This document shows positions 1-10,062 of a stretch of DNA of 64,000 bases, piece by piece. The stretch spans positions 2,790,001-2,854,000 of the forward strand of contig NW_027117338.1 of the NCBI RefSeq assembly GCF_038025025.1, given 5' to 3'. Position 1 is the stretch's first letter. Every line of letters begins with the position of its first letter. Below the pieces are notes generated by a model, which ran no database searches, had not been told where the DNA came from, and worked only from the letters and a program-made list of their open reading frames with translations. The translations under genes were made by a program, and so were the position numbers. The DNA is from Phyllosticta citribraziliensis. Its lineage: Eukaryota.

Positions 1-2
1 CT

Positions 3-818
3 TATGCAGAGCCTTATCCACAGCCAGTCCGCTCAATCGAATCTGACCATGTCAGTCCGGCTACGCTCACCCGCAGCACTTCGGACACTACCTTGTCTGA
101 GAAGAAACTTGATCTTGATGAAGATGATGCAACCCAACCCGAGGCTGTCATCACACCAGACTTGCCGGATGTCGACATTTGCGATGAGCGTTTGCCTGTG
201 GATGTCAGGATGAATGCATGGCGGAAATTCAAGTCAGCCATGGACAAAGGCAAAAACAAATGGGTGAACAATGGTTGCCCACCCTGCCCGAACAACCACT
301 GCCGGGCAATTCATCCACCTCCTTGCCGTACAATGAAGGCACTCAAGAAATTCACCAGAACTCTCGAGGCTGGACGGTGGCTTGAGGCTCACCAAGGCAA
401 GCCTCCCTGCCTCAAATGTGGACAAGTTCACAAGGGTCCCTGTGTCGCTCCTCAATGCAACGAGTGCAAGGGCCACCACAAGGAAAAGTTCTCTTGTGAG
501 ACTTCCCGGAAGAGAGTCAAAGTGGCCGAAGAGATGCACAGGAAGCTCGGGCAGTTGCAGATGCAGAAGTATGAGAAGCAACTGCAGCACCCGCTACCAC
601 GGAAGCCCATGGCCGATGATCAGGACTTCGTCGCGTCTGCATTTCGAGGCATAATGGAGGCTCGCTTGTCCGGCATCTCCAGCGAAGAAGAAAAGAATCG
701 TATCACGAGAAACTTCTTGGGCGAATTCGCGCAGTCCCTCCAGTCGAAACGCAAGCGCGACAAGGACGAGGATGAGGATGGCGGAAATCCTGCCCCCAAG
801 CTGATCAAGTACGAGTAG
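3..818 (+). CDS. Orphan protein with three CCHC-type zinc-knuckle-like motifs (5' end lies outside window)
   Basis: Frame is open from base 3 to TAG at 816-818 (the track's start at 93 is a TTG). Motifs CPNNHCRAIHPPPC, CLKCGQVHKGPC and CNECKGHHKEKFSC; basic NLS-like KRKRDK near the C-terminus. Confidence 0.6.
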   Translation, partial: YAEPYPQPVRSIESDHVSPATLTRSTSDTTLSEKKLDLDEDDATQPEAVITPDLPDVDICDERLPVDVRMNAWRKFKSAMDKGKNKWVNNGCPPCPNNHCRAIHPPPCRTMKALKKFTRTLEAGRWLEAHQGKPPCLKCGQVHKGPCVAPQCNECKGHHKEKFSCETSRKRVKVAEEMHRKLGQLQMQKYEKQLQHPLPRKPMADDQDFVASAFRGIMEARLSGISSEEEKNRITRNFLGEFAQSLQSKRKRDKDEDEDGGNPAPKLIKYE

Positions 819-1919
819 CTGTGTGCATACTGCACAGTCGAGATGACATCTTCAGCTATTCTGTCGGACACACAACTCGGAGAACAGACAAGAGTCCCTC
901 CCATCACAAGGCTAGTGGGGATTGGGGGCAGCCGAGCACTTGCGCTTGGTCGTTCGAGATATCCCAGAGGCTTCGGAAAAGTTTCGTCAACCTTCTATTT
1001 TCTTTCCAAGCTCATACATGTCCTCAGTCAAGAGAACTCGCAACTTCAGAACCCAATTATGATTGCCCTTCAGTCTTGTCTTGAACCGGACTTCCTTCTC
1101 GCATGTTTCGAACGCAGTGGGACATCGTGGAATGACTTCAGGAGTGGACGAGGACTCTCGATCGACGACAACTAAACCACATTATTCGACATGGTTGAAT
1201 GCTGCGACGCGATGTTGAAGGGGTTGATGTCTGCTAGACAGGGGAATCGAGGAAGGCTTGTCGCACAGTCCGGTTGCGGCGACAACGACGGGAATACCGA
1301 TGGTGGGATCCGAGGGCTGAACTCTCAGGCTTGATGCGATGAGATGGTAGGGCCTTGGAGTTTCTGAGGACACGGTGATTCGAAAGGAGGCGATGAAAAT
1401 CAGGTCGATTGAGGAGATGGTTTGGAAGTATTCAAACAACTCCAGCTATGTGGACAGAAAGACATCAAGGACACGAAAGAGTTTCGAATCATGGAAGCCA
1501 ATAGAGAAACATCAGAACTCTCATTAAAAGGTCGCGGACAACTATTCATTCCACACAGCGCGCACCACACCGGAAAGGCGAGCCAACCAATCTCACGACG
1601 CCGTCGTATCGGCCCAACGAAGCTTCCCCCACAGACCCCTGGCGATGGGAGCAGGGATAAAATAGTGCCCCAGACTACCTTAACCGGACATCATGGGAAT
1701 TCCACGTCTCACGCTCGCATCTTTGACCTATTTCTCTAGATCTCCCCATTTCCCCCGCGCCGGATGTTCCATATCGTTTGTCGTGGGCCGGTACAGCGGC
1801 GGGCTGACCCTGGCGATGCGATACCGAGCATCAATCGAGGAAGACGTGTGGCGTGAGGGAGGGCAGAGGCGCGGCGCGGCGGCAGGGCGACCCGCCCCGC
1901 TGTAATGGGAATAGTGCAA

Positions 1920-1946
1920 GTGGTGGTGGTGGTGGTGGTGGTGGTG
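1920..1946. repeat. (GTG)9 microsatellite
   Basis: Read directly from the sequence. Confidence 0.95.
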
Positions 1947-2497
1947 ATAGTGATGGCTGGGATACTACCGCGAGGATTCGTAAGAGCGGATGAGTGGGGA
2001 GTATGTGCTGCCTTTATTGCTCAAGTACCACTACAACACGAAAAAGCCGGCTATCCACGACTGGGACCGGGCCAGGATCACGGGGTGGGGAGGGGCTCTG
2101 ATGCTTCGGAACCGACCCAGAAAAGCATCCGGGAATGAATAATGCCAGCCGGCCGGCAGAGGAAGGACTTGTACCTGGTAGATGTCCATTGCATCGGAGG
2201 TAATTGGTCGAGAGCAGCTCGCTTCGAGGCCCGAGCCGCAGACCGCGGCAAGGGAGCTGAGCTAAACTCTAGTCGGCAGGAGGATAGGAGGGATTCGAGG
2301 ACGCTGTTTTGCAACCTAACCGGGTGCTCTTGGTGCGGTGTCCCCTTCCCCTACCTGCTTGTTGGCTTTATCCATGCCTACATGTCTACTCCTGGTTTCG
2401 GGTTACAGGCAAATCATCAGTAGAGACTAACGACCCCGGCCGGCGGTTGCGTGGCCAGACGCGGAAATAGGTAGGACTGGAAGAGCAGCCCTTTTCG

Positions 2498-2525
2498 TCG
2501 TAGTCGTAGTCGTAGTCGTAGTCGT
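2498..2525. repeat. (TCGTAG)4 tandem hexamer repeat
   Basis: Read directly from the sequence. Confidence 0.9.
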
Positions 2526-3260
2526 TTTCGTATGTGCACTTGCAACGGCTGCCAGAGGACTCGAGTATTGCTATGAAGTGTTTGAGAAGGATCCAACCCG
2601 TTGCGTTGCGTTGGCTGCGACGGACAACGGCTCTTGCCACGCACGTGGCGTGTTTCGTACTGCTGGCTGCGCCGTGGAAAGAAAAGGAAGATCGGCCGTC
2701 AAGACAGTATTCTGGGTATCGCGTCGTTCCGTGACTCCTTTGGCGTTTCTCCATCTGCCCGCCGCCGCCGCCGTAATTTGAACCAAGGTAAATTCGTTCC
2801 TGAATCCGGAGACTAAAGGGATCCGCGTGCGCCGCCTTACAGAGGGGTTCAAGCATAAGCTTGTTTTGCTTGAGCGAGTTGGGCGGTGTGATTTGAGTCG
2901 CTCGTACTGTAGTTACGGCGGCCAGCCAATAAGCATGTCGTGAGATCGGAGCGCCGCTGTACTTCCCGTCTTTAGGGTATCTATAAGCAGCTTTGGACCC
3001 GAATACGTGGGGACCCGAGTTTGCGAACTCGCCGCATTGGCCAGTGTAAAGGGTTGTAATGTCAGCGGGTCTAGTCGTGAAATCGCATTTGAACACCAAG
3101 CCCTGCTTTCCATATATCCTCTGGCTTGGGCGATTCCGGCTTTTTTGTTGCGACATCCGACAACCGTCATGCCAGTGACCTTCTCTTTCCTCCAGGAACT
3201 TTCTACAAGAACAGACTGCTGGCGCTCAACCCATTCTCTCGAATCATCACGACCAATGAC

Positions 3261-4265
3261 ATGCCACCGGATCTGCCTTGCCGCAACAGGATCGTCATTA
3301 CTGGCGCAAGCGGCGAATATGGACGGCTCATAATCGAGAAACTCATTCAACACGCTCAACCTTCTTCCCTCGTCCTCGTGGCAGACAAGTCTCCCGCATA
3401 TCTGGACGTCTTCGCTGCCCAGGGTTGTGTCGTGCGTCACTGCAGCGCCGATGCCCCGGAAGAAGAATTGGCTCTTGCCTTTGCCGGTGGCCAAACTCTC
3501 CTGCTCATCCCCGAAATTGGCGGATCCAGAGTTGAGCAACAGCATGCCGCAGTGTCGGCAGCCATCATGGCGAATATCGAACACCTCGTCTTGATTTCCG
3601 TCATAGGCGCAGACCAAGACTTCCCCTCGGCATCTGTCGCCCAAGAGTCAAAGGCCATAGAACACAGGCTCCAAAACGAAGCGCTACACTGGACGATCTT
3701 GCGCGACTCGCAGTATTCCGAGACTATCAGTGACGCCTCAGGCCCGCGAGTTCTGCAGATGAAAATATGCATATGCAATATCGGCGACGGTCAGGTTGGA
3801 TTCGTCTGCCGAGAAGATAGCGCGGCGTGCGCCGCCGTCATCCTGAAAGATCCTGAGATTCATCGGCAGCGCATATATCATCTGACAGGGCCCGAGCTGT
3901 TGAGCATTCGAGATGTCTTGGACATGCTGGAAGACCTGGAAGGCCTTGAAAGAGGCGCAATACGATACGGAAAGGTCACGGATGACCAAATGGCCGATTT
4001 CCTGGACAAATTCGGTATCCCACGACAAAGAGACCTGCCTGGATCTTCGTACTGTGGTATTTTCACTATCCCCGACATGATCTCTTTTGGCCGAGCTTGC
4101 AGGTTGGGAGAGATGGCCATGAAGACCAATGACGTTGAACTACTCACCGGGAACGCACCGCAAAGCATGCGAGAGGTTTTTTGGCGTCGTCGTTCTTGGA
4201 GGAAAGACTTTCCTTGGATGATAAAAGACCTCGAGGCGGATCTTGCTAGGAGCGAAATAAGCTAG
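3261..4265 (+). CDS. NmrA-like / atypical SDR NAD(P)H-binding oxidoreductase (YtfG/QOR2-like), intronless
   Basis: ATG 3261 is in frame with ORF 3126-4265. N-terminal IVITGASGEYG Rossmann motif; WTILRDSQY, GDGQVGFVCRED, YHLTGPE and DVELLTG are typical of the family. Confidence 0.85.
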   Translation: MPPDLPCRNRIVITGASGEYGRLIIEKLIQHAQPSSLVLVADKSPAYLDVFAAQGCVVRHCSADAPEEELALAFAGGQTLLLIPEIGGSRVEQQHAAVSAAIMANIEHLVLISVIGADQDFPSASVAQESKAIEHRLQNEALHWTILRDSQYSETISDASGPRVLQMKICICNIGDGQVGFVCREDSAACAAVILKDPEIHRQRIYHLTGPELLSIRDVLDMLEDLEGLERGAIRYGKVTDDQMADFLDKFGIPRQRDLPGSSYCGIFTIPDMISFGRACRLGEMAMKTNDVELLTGNAPQSMREVFWRRRSWRKDFPWMIKDLEADLARSEIS

Positions 4266-4568
4266 CGCTAAGGAGATCAGTGAATCTCACCCGGAAGCCC
4301 GGAGACAAGCAGAAAATTTGGGATAAATTTAGGAAACGTTTTGGAAGCAATGCAAAGATCATCATGTCATAAATGCGATGCAGGTTGGTTCAACCCAACG
4401 AGCCCCAGATACTGCTCGAAGGATGCGGCTGTGACACTGAATGGCGGGTAATTGGACCGAGCCGCGATGCTGATGGTTTCGTTTCTGACATCCACTGTGA
4501 AGGCAAAGAAAGGCCCCGGGGACTGTAGATGTCCTAAGCATGATTGACATTTCGTTCATCTTCCTCAC

Positions 4569-5794
4569 CTAAGTCGTGCCCCTCGCTCCAGCCGGAGCAC
4601 CCTCCCGTCGTCTCCGCAAGGCATTGCCCATAGCATCTCTCACCACCCGGTCACTCCTGATACTGTTCTGGACAAGCCAGTCTTTCACCTTTCCTCTCAA
4701 GTCGACCTTGCCATCTTCGCTCGTAAATGGCATGGTCTCCAGGGTCAGCAATGCTTGCGCATCTCGATCAGCGAGGGCGGTGATCTGGCTGAGGCGATCG
4801 AGCTGCTGCTGCTGCGCCTTTTGAGTGTCTTGTGCCTCGCGCCCAGGATCCGAGAAGACAGGCGCAATTTGCGTCATGGCAATGAACAATGAAATAATAA
4901 ACCGGCGCGCAATCGTCCGGAGCTGGAATGGGAGTAACGGTGGGTGGAGTTTGAACATGGCGAACAATGGATTGATAACTTTTGAAATCATCAAAGGGAA
5001 TTCGGGACGTGTGATGGTGTAGGCTTCGAACACAATCATTGCTGCGGTCGCGAGATATCTCCACTGTGTCGCATTAGTATCTCCCTTGTGGAATTTCAAG
5101 AACAATACGCACGTAGCGGCCCCACTGCAGATATCCAAGCATGCCCAGGAGGACCATGATTGCGCCTCCAGCAACGTAGGGAGCAACAGCGCGCTGCGCG
5201 CCATGGAATATAAAGTCGCGTATGGTGACACACTGCTTCCACTCGAGTATGTCGGGGCCGAATCGATCGTACGCAAAGCGCTTCGCAGGATCGACCAACG
5301 TGTCTCGGGCGAGCTTGAGGTAGACGTAGTAGGCCTCGGCCGCCGGGCGAGCCTTTTCGGACGTGACTTTGTCGGGATGGTGCAGGACAGTCCTGAGTGG
5401 GTCAGCTCTGCCTCTCAGGGCGGTCGGTGACAACTCACAGCCTCCGAAATCTGGATTGTATGATTCTCTCGCTCGCATCGACAGGGACGCCAAGAGCCTG
5501 GTAGAAGTCCGACGCTCTTTGAAGCTCCCAGTCCGACTCGTAGATGCTATAGAGCATGTAGGCGACAATGACGCCGCTGTGGATTATCTTGCGATGTCTG
5601 ATCCATCTGGGCGATCCGGGCTGTGGTTTCGGATCTCCGGCGCGAATGAAGAGGGCGTAGAGGAAGCTCTGAATCCAATTGACCACCTATCACAAGAGTT
5701 AGTTGAATTCTTGACAGCAGAACAAAGCGATTACCTTGGGCAGAAAAGCCCAGGCGACATAAGACAGGAGCTGGGACTCGCTCCAGTTGGCCAT
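4569..5794 (-). CDS. Membrane-associated DnaJ-domain co-chaperone (4 exons)
   Basis: ATG 5794; introns approx. 5734-5687, 5438-5393, 5112-5064. Spliced J-domain DFYQALGV...FRRL|TVLHHPDK...LVDPAKRFAYDRFG, flanked by hydrophobic segments. Confidence 0.85.
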
Positions 5795-6057
5795 GGCGAC
5801 ACGAAACAATGAGCAGCTCCAAGGCGGTGCTCAAATGTTGTGGCGCCGGTAGACGTGGACCTCAATCGCCTTGGGATTGGATTGGACCCTTGACCGGGAC
5901 GGGAATGCAGCTAGGGCCAGCGGAAATACGCCGGGGGCCCAGGGCCGCCGTCAGACCTCCGCTCACACCGCCCAGGCACGCCGGGCAGAAAAGTTGTAAC
6001 CCAGACCTCTCCACACCATCAGTCGTCGCCCAACCAAGCAATTGAACTTCTGCCACC

Positions 6058-6939
6058 ATGTCGACCGAGCCGACACCCCAGACCAAGCCGCGGAAGCACA
6101 AGGACAAATCAGAAAAAAAGAGCAAAAAACGCCAACGCGAAGAAGACCAGACCGCCGAATCCTCCGCCGCCGCGCAGAGGTCGCCCAAGAAAAAACGCAC
6201 CGTCGAGGATGCTCCTCCTGCCACGACAACAGTTGCTCCGGCCGTGAAGCCGCAGTCGCATATGAAACGTCCCGAACCAAGCTCCGCATTCTACCAGCAA
6301 ACATCGTCGCTGTACGTGCCGCTCGCGTCAATCGGCCAGGCCTACCCCCTCAACGCCCTCTGCGCCGAGCACCTCTCTCCGCTCCTCCTCACATACTACC
6401 CGCCGTTCAAGGGCGTGGTTCTCTCCTACAGCAACGCGCGCGTCTCCGAAGCGCCAATCACGCAAACGCCGCGCCCCATCCTCGCGCGCTCCATCGACGA
6501 ATACGCCGTCTCCTTCGTCTGGGTCACCGCCGACTTCATCGTGCTGCGCCCGCAAAAGGGAATCTGGATCGAGGGCTTCGTCAACCTGCAAAACGAGAGC
6601 CACCTGGGTCTTGTGTGCTGGAATCTCTTCTCGGCGAGCATCGACCGCAGGAGACTGCCCGAGGACTGGGCCTGGGTCGAGGCCGACGACGCGCAGACCG
6701 GCGACCAGGGTCACTTTGTGGACGGCGGGGGCAAAAAGGTCGACGGTGTCATCAAGTTCCGCATCCGCGACTTTGAGACGAGCCCGAGCACAGACGCCGA
6801 CAGGGGATTCATCACCATCGAGGGAAGCCTGCTGCCCGAGGACAAGGAGGCCGAGCTGGACGAGCTGGAGCAACAGAAGCTGGCGCAGAGACAGGCAAAC
6901 AGGCGCGGCAAGACTAGGGCGCGGGCACAGGGGAGGTAG
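6058..6939 (+). CDS. RPA43: RNA polymerase I subunit A43
   Basis: EHLSPLLLTYYPPFKGVVLSYSN, SFVWVTADFIVLRPQKG, EGFVNLQNESHLGL and FSASI motifs; Lys-rich N-terminus. Confidence 0.9.
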   Translation: MSTEPTPQTKPRKHKDKSEKKSKKRQREEDQTAESSAAAQRSPKKKRTVEDAPPATTTVAPAVKPQSHMKRPEPSSAFYQQTSSLYVPLASIGQAYPLNALCAEHLSPLLLTYYPPFKGVVLSYSNARVSEAPITQTPRPILARSIDEYAVSFVWVTADFIVLRPQKGIWIEGFVNLQNESHLGLVCWNLFSASIDRRRLPEDWAWVEADDAQTGDQGHFVDGGGKKVDGVIKFRIRDFETSPSTDADRGFITIEGSLLPEDKEAELDELEQQKLAQRQANRRGKTRARAQGR

Positions 6940-7242
6940 ATGGGAGGATTCGTCGGATTCGATTTTGCATGAAGAACAGGAGACGGTCCAAAAGTTCTAC
7001 ATTTACTAGTTTTGGCAGCGGCGTCAATTGGGTCACGGCGTCTCGGTGGATATCCGATTTGTGTTAATGAAGTCAAATCGAGTACCATGAAATCCCGACC
7101 TAGTCAGTGGAAGAGGTACTTGAAAGCAAAAGAAACCGAGATTTTCATGCCAGTATCCTGCCCCACGCTTTGAACCATATGAACGCCAGAGGCGAGCTCG
7201 TCCCGAGCCACGCCAAAAAAAATCCACCGGGTATCTATGCAC

Positions 7243-9336
7243 TCATCCGCTTCGGTTGTCCCAGTACAGCTCCAAATCTGCACTCTCCTCGCCCTTCCAC
7301 ACCCTTCCCGCATCGCACCTCTCCGCAACCGCGCTCCTCAGATCTGTCCCCAATCCGGCCGGACCACTCGCTACCACTTGACACCGACCTCCTTGCGCTG
7401 CCGCCCTATCCACAAACGCGCCCAGGACGTCGCGAGAACTGGGATGGTGGTCCGCCAGCCATTCGACCGAGAAGTTGGTTTGCGAAGCCAGCACCTCCTC
7501 GACTTTCCGTGACAACGCCCGCGACGAAGCCTCGCTGTCCTTTTGTGCGTCACGCGTGACGAAAACCTTGATGCGCAACCCCGGTGCGTAGCCCTCCTTC
7601 ATTGCTGCCTTCAGCTCCAGCAGCTCGGGGGCGATCCACGCAACATTTGCCGCCTTGCGCACGATCCAGACCAGATCAATCGTCTTTGCGTCGCTAATGG
7701 CGGCTGTGGCGATGGGCAGCGTGAATGAAATGCCTGTGCCGCCTGCGATGGCAAGCATGTTGTCGACCTCGCCGTCCTCGTGCAGAATCTTTTCCCCATA
7801 CGGTCCGGTGAGAATGACTGGTGTCGTTTGCTCTGAAGCCTCCATTTGAACTTCCCGCGCCTTGCCCTTTTCATAGTCTGTTCCGTTCTCGAGAGACGAG
7901 GCCTTTGAGCTGGAGCCGGATGCGATTTCGAGTTTCTCCGCAAGCTCGGCCAGGCGTCTCGTTTCGCCCTTTTCAGCGCGGATGATGTAGGTGTGGTGGG
8001 GAACCGCTGGGTGCGGCGCTGGAACGGATGAAGGCGTCATGGGGTGCGATTGCCAGATGCTGAGGGCCGGGAAGCATAGGTAAAAGTGTTGGCCTGGTTG
8101 CCATGGCTCGTGGTTGTGGACAAAGTCTAGCCGTATCACGGTCGTGTCGCCGTCTTGGAAGAGCTGGAGGTTGCTTTGCGCGCAACGAAAGCCAAGACCT
8201 GCGTGGACGATTAGCAAAGTTTGGAGAAAGTGCAGCATGACTTGGTGCCATACCCTTGTTACCGTCCTTGTATCCCATGTGTATCATCAAGATACGTCCC
8301 AGACGGAGACCGCGATCCAGGAACATGATGCCGATGCTCGCGATCATCCAGCATGCAAGCTTCGTCCAGTGGCCCCAACAAGCTCCAAGGTAAAGCGCAG
8401 CCACGATGTAGTGCGTCTTCCTGAAAAATTCGTATCCAGTCCACTGGATGACTCGCTTGATGGAGAAGATGTAAAGATAGGTGATGAAGAGCATTGCAAC
8501 CACGCCGAAGATGATGTACTGCTGAGCCATGAACGAGGCGTACGTCGAGGGCTGAGGTTGGTAGAGCTTTCCCTCGACAATGGTCCAGCCTAGAGTGTGT
8601 AGGAAGGACTGTATGAAAATGATGCGACCCGTCCATCGATGGAGGAACATGAAGTGTTGATAAGGAATTCCGGTGAGCAGGGAAAGGATGCTCTCGCGCG
8701 TGGCCAGTCCGACAGTCAGAGGCGTAAGAGCATAGGCCAGAGCGCCAACGCGGTCAGCGAAACCACCGAGTCCAGAGCGGGTGTTGTAGACGCCAGGGCT
8801 TCCTTTGACTGGAGTTACCCAGGTCTTGTAAACTATGCCAACAAGGCTGTGGGATATCAGTGACTGCGCGCATCAGGGAGGGCGAAAAGGCCCACTCACG
8901 AGAATATCAGGAGGTAGACCAGCATTACCACCAAAACGAGCACCTGAAGTCGAGAAACTCGACCAAAGACACTTCTCAAGGTCTCCGGGAGTAGCCATTT
9001 TCGCAGTCCGACCACTGTGGTCCTGTACAGGCGGTAAATGCTGTTTTGGGGGGTTTTGGTAGCCTCGAGGTCCCGCTTCTCAGAGTTGAAGTGGTATCTC
9101 TGTCTTCTCGGCTTCAAAAGTCTGTAGATGATGAAGCCAAACAGAATGCCTCCAATGACTGCCCAGAGGATGAAGGTGTAGAGCATTGACACGTCCATCA
9201 TCCAGTAGACGGCATCCAGGTAGGCACAGGTGCCCTCGCCACTGGTACACGGAACAGCTCTGTCGGCGTAGCCCCAATGGTGCTCCTTGGTCGTGGCATC
9301 GGCCATGTCTTGAATGTGGCGTTTTTGGGCAGCCAT
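7243..9336 (-). CDS. Ferric/cupric-chelate reductase (FRE family), 3 exons
   Basis: Introns approx. 8899-8847 and 8253-8199. Heme-ligand His motifs HRW, LHT, THY and GHW in TM segments; FAD motif SHPMT; GPYG; NADPH motif IAGGTGISF; SGP. Confidence 0.9.
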
Positions 9337-9593
9337 GATTGCTGCTCTTTGGGGGACAGCGTCCCTGTGTTGGATGGAGAGGGTGGGTTCAATGGGTGTG
9401 AGAAGAGAAGGAAGGTTCTTGTTGATTTATAAACGGTCAACGATTAGAGGCCACGACGCAGGTGAAGATGGAAAGGACATGATGAAAAGGGAAGGAAGGA
9501 TGGATTGATCTATATGACATGGGCGGCAGTGGACTGGACATGATGTCGGGTGGAGCAGACCCGACGTGACCCAAAACGGCCCACAGACGCCTC

Positions 9594-9769
9594 AACTTGC
9601 TCATGTTTCGTGTAGTGAGAGATATGCGGCAGCTCATAGGCCTTTTCCTCCGGCAGTGGGCTCTCGAGGGCCGAGCAGAGCAGCATGACAGGTGCCAAGT
9701 GCAGGCGACGGCGGAGAAAGGGAGAGCAGGAGGGAGGCAGTCGCGGAGCCTTGGCGGAAAACTTGCTCA
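9594..9769. promoter_or_regulatory. Two identical AACTTGCTCA elements (Mac1/Cuf1 copper-response-like) upstream of the FRE gene
   Basis: AACTTGCTCA at 9594-9603 and 9760-9769, an extra GCTCA at 9632-9636, and a TATA-like TTTATAAA near 9425-9432. Confidence 0.45.
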
Positions 9770-10062
9770 AACATTCTCACACGGGGGAGACGGCGCGGGA
9801 GAACTTCCGCTTGCGACGCGAGCGAGCAGAAGAAACCAACGCTGACGGGGACCTGAGGGCAGAGTGGGTGCGGTGCGGTGGGTCCATGGGATCGGATGTA
9901 CTGCCTGCAGTGGCCGAGGCCGAACAACCGAGGCGGTGTCCAAGGCGGTCAACTCAACCCCAAGTTCTGCCCGACTTTCGCAGCCGCCGTCACGCTTCAC
10001 GACACGACCGCGTCTGTCCGCGTCTTTTTCAACCTTGACCTTGTCTTAACCACCCTGCCGCC

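Noticed and set aside
843..1530. Short ORFs downstream of the zinc-knuckle gene as a possible decayed pol
   Set aside because: No protease, RT, RNase H or integrase motifs recognisable in the frames I translated.
2386..3156. 256-aa minus-strand ORF with DYDYDYD
   Set aside because: The repeat is a translated TCGTAG microsatellite; no domain, and it occupies the promoter of the NmrA-like gene.
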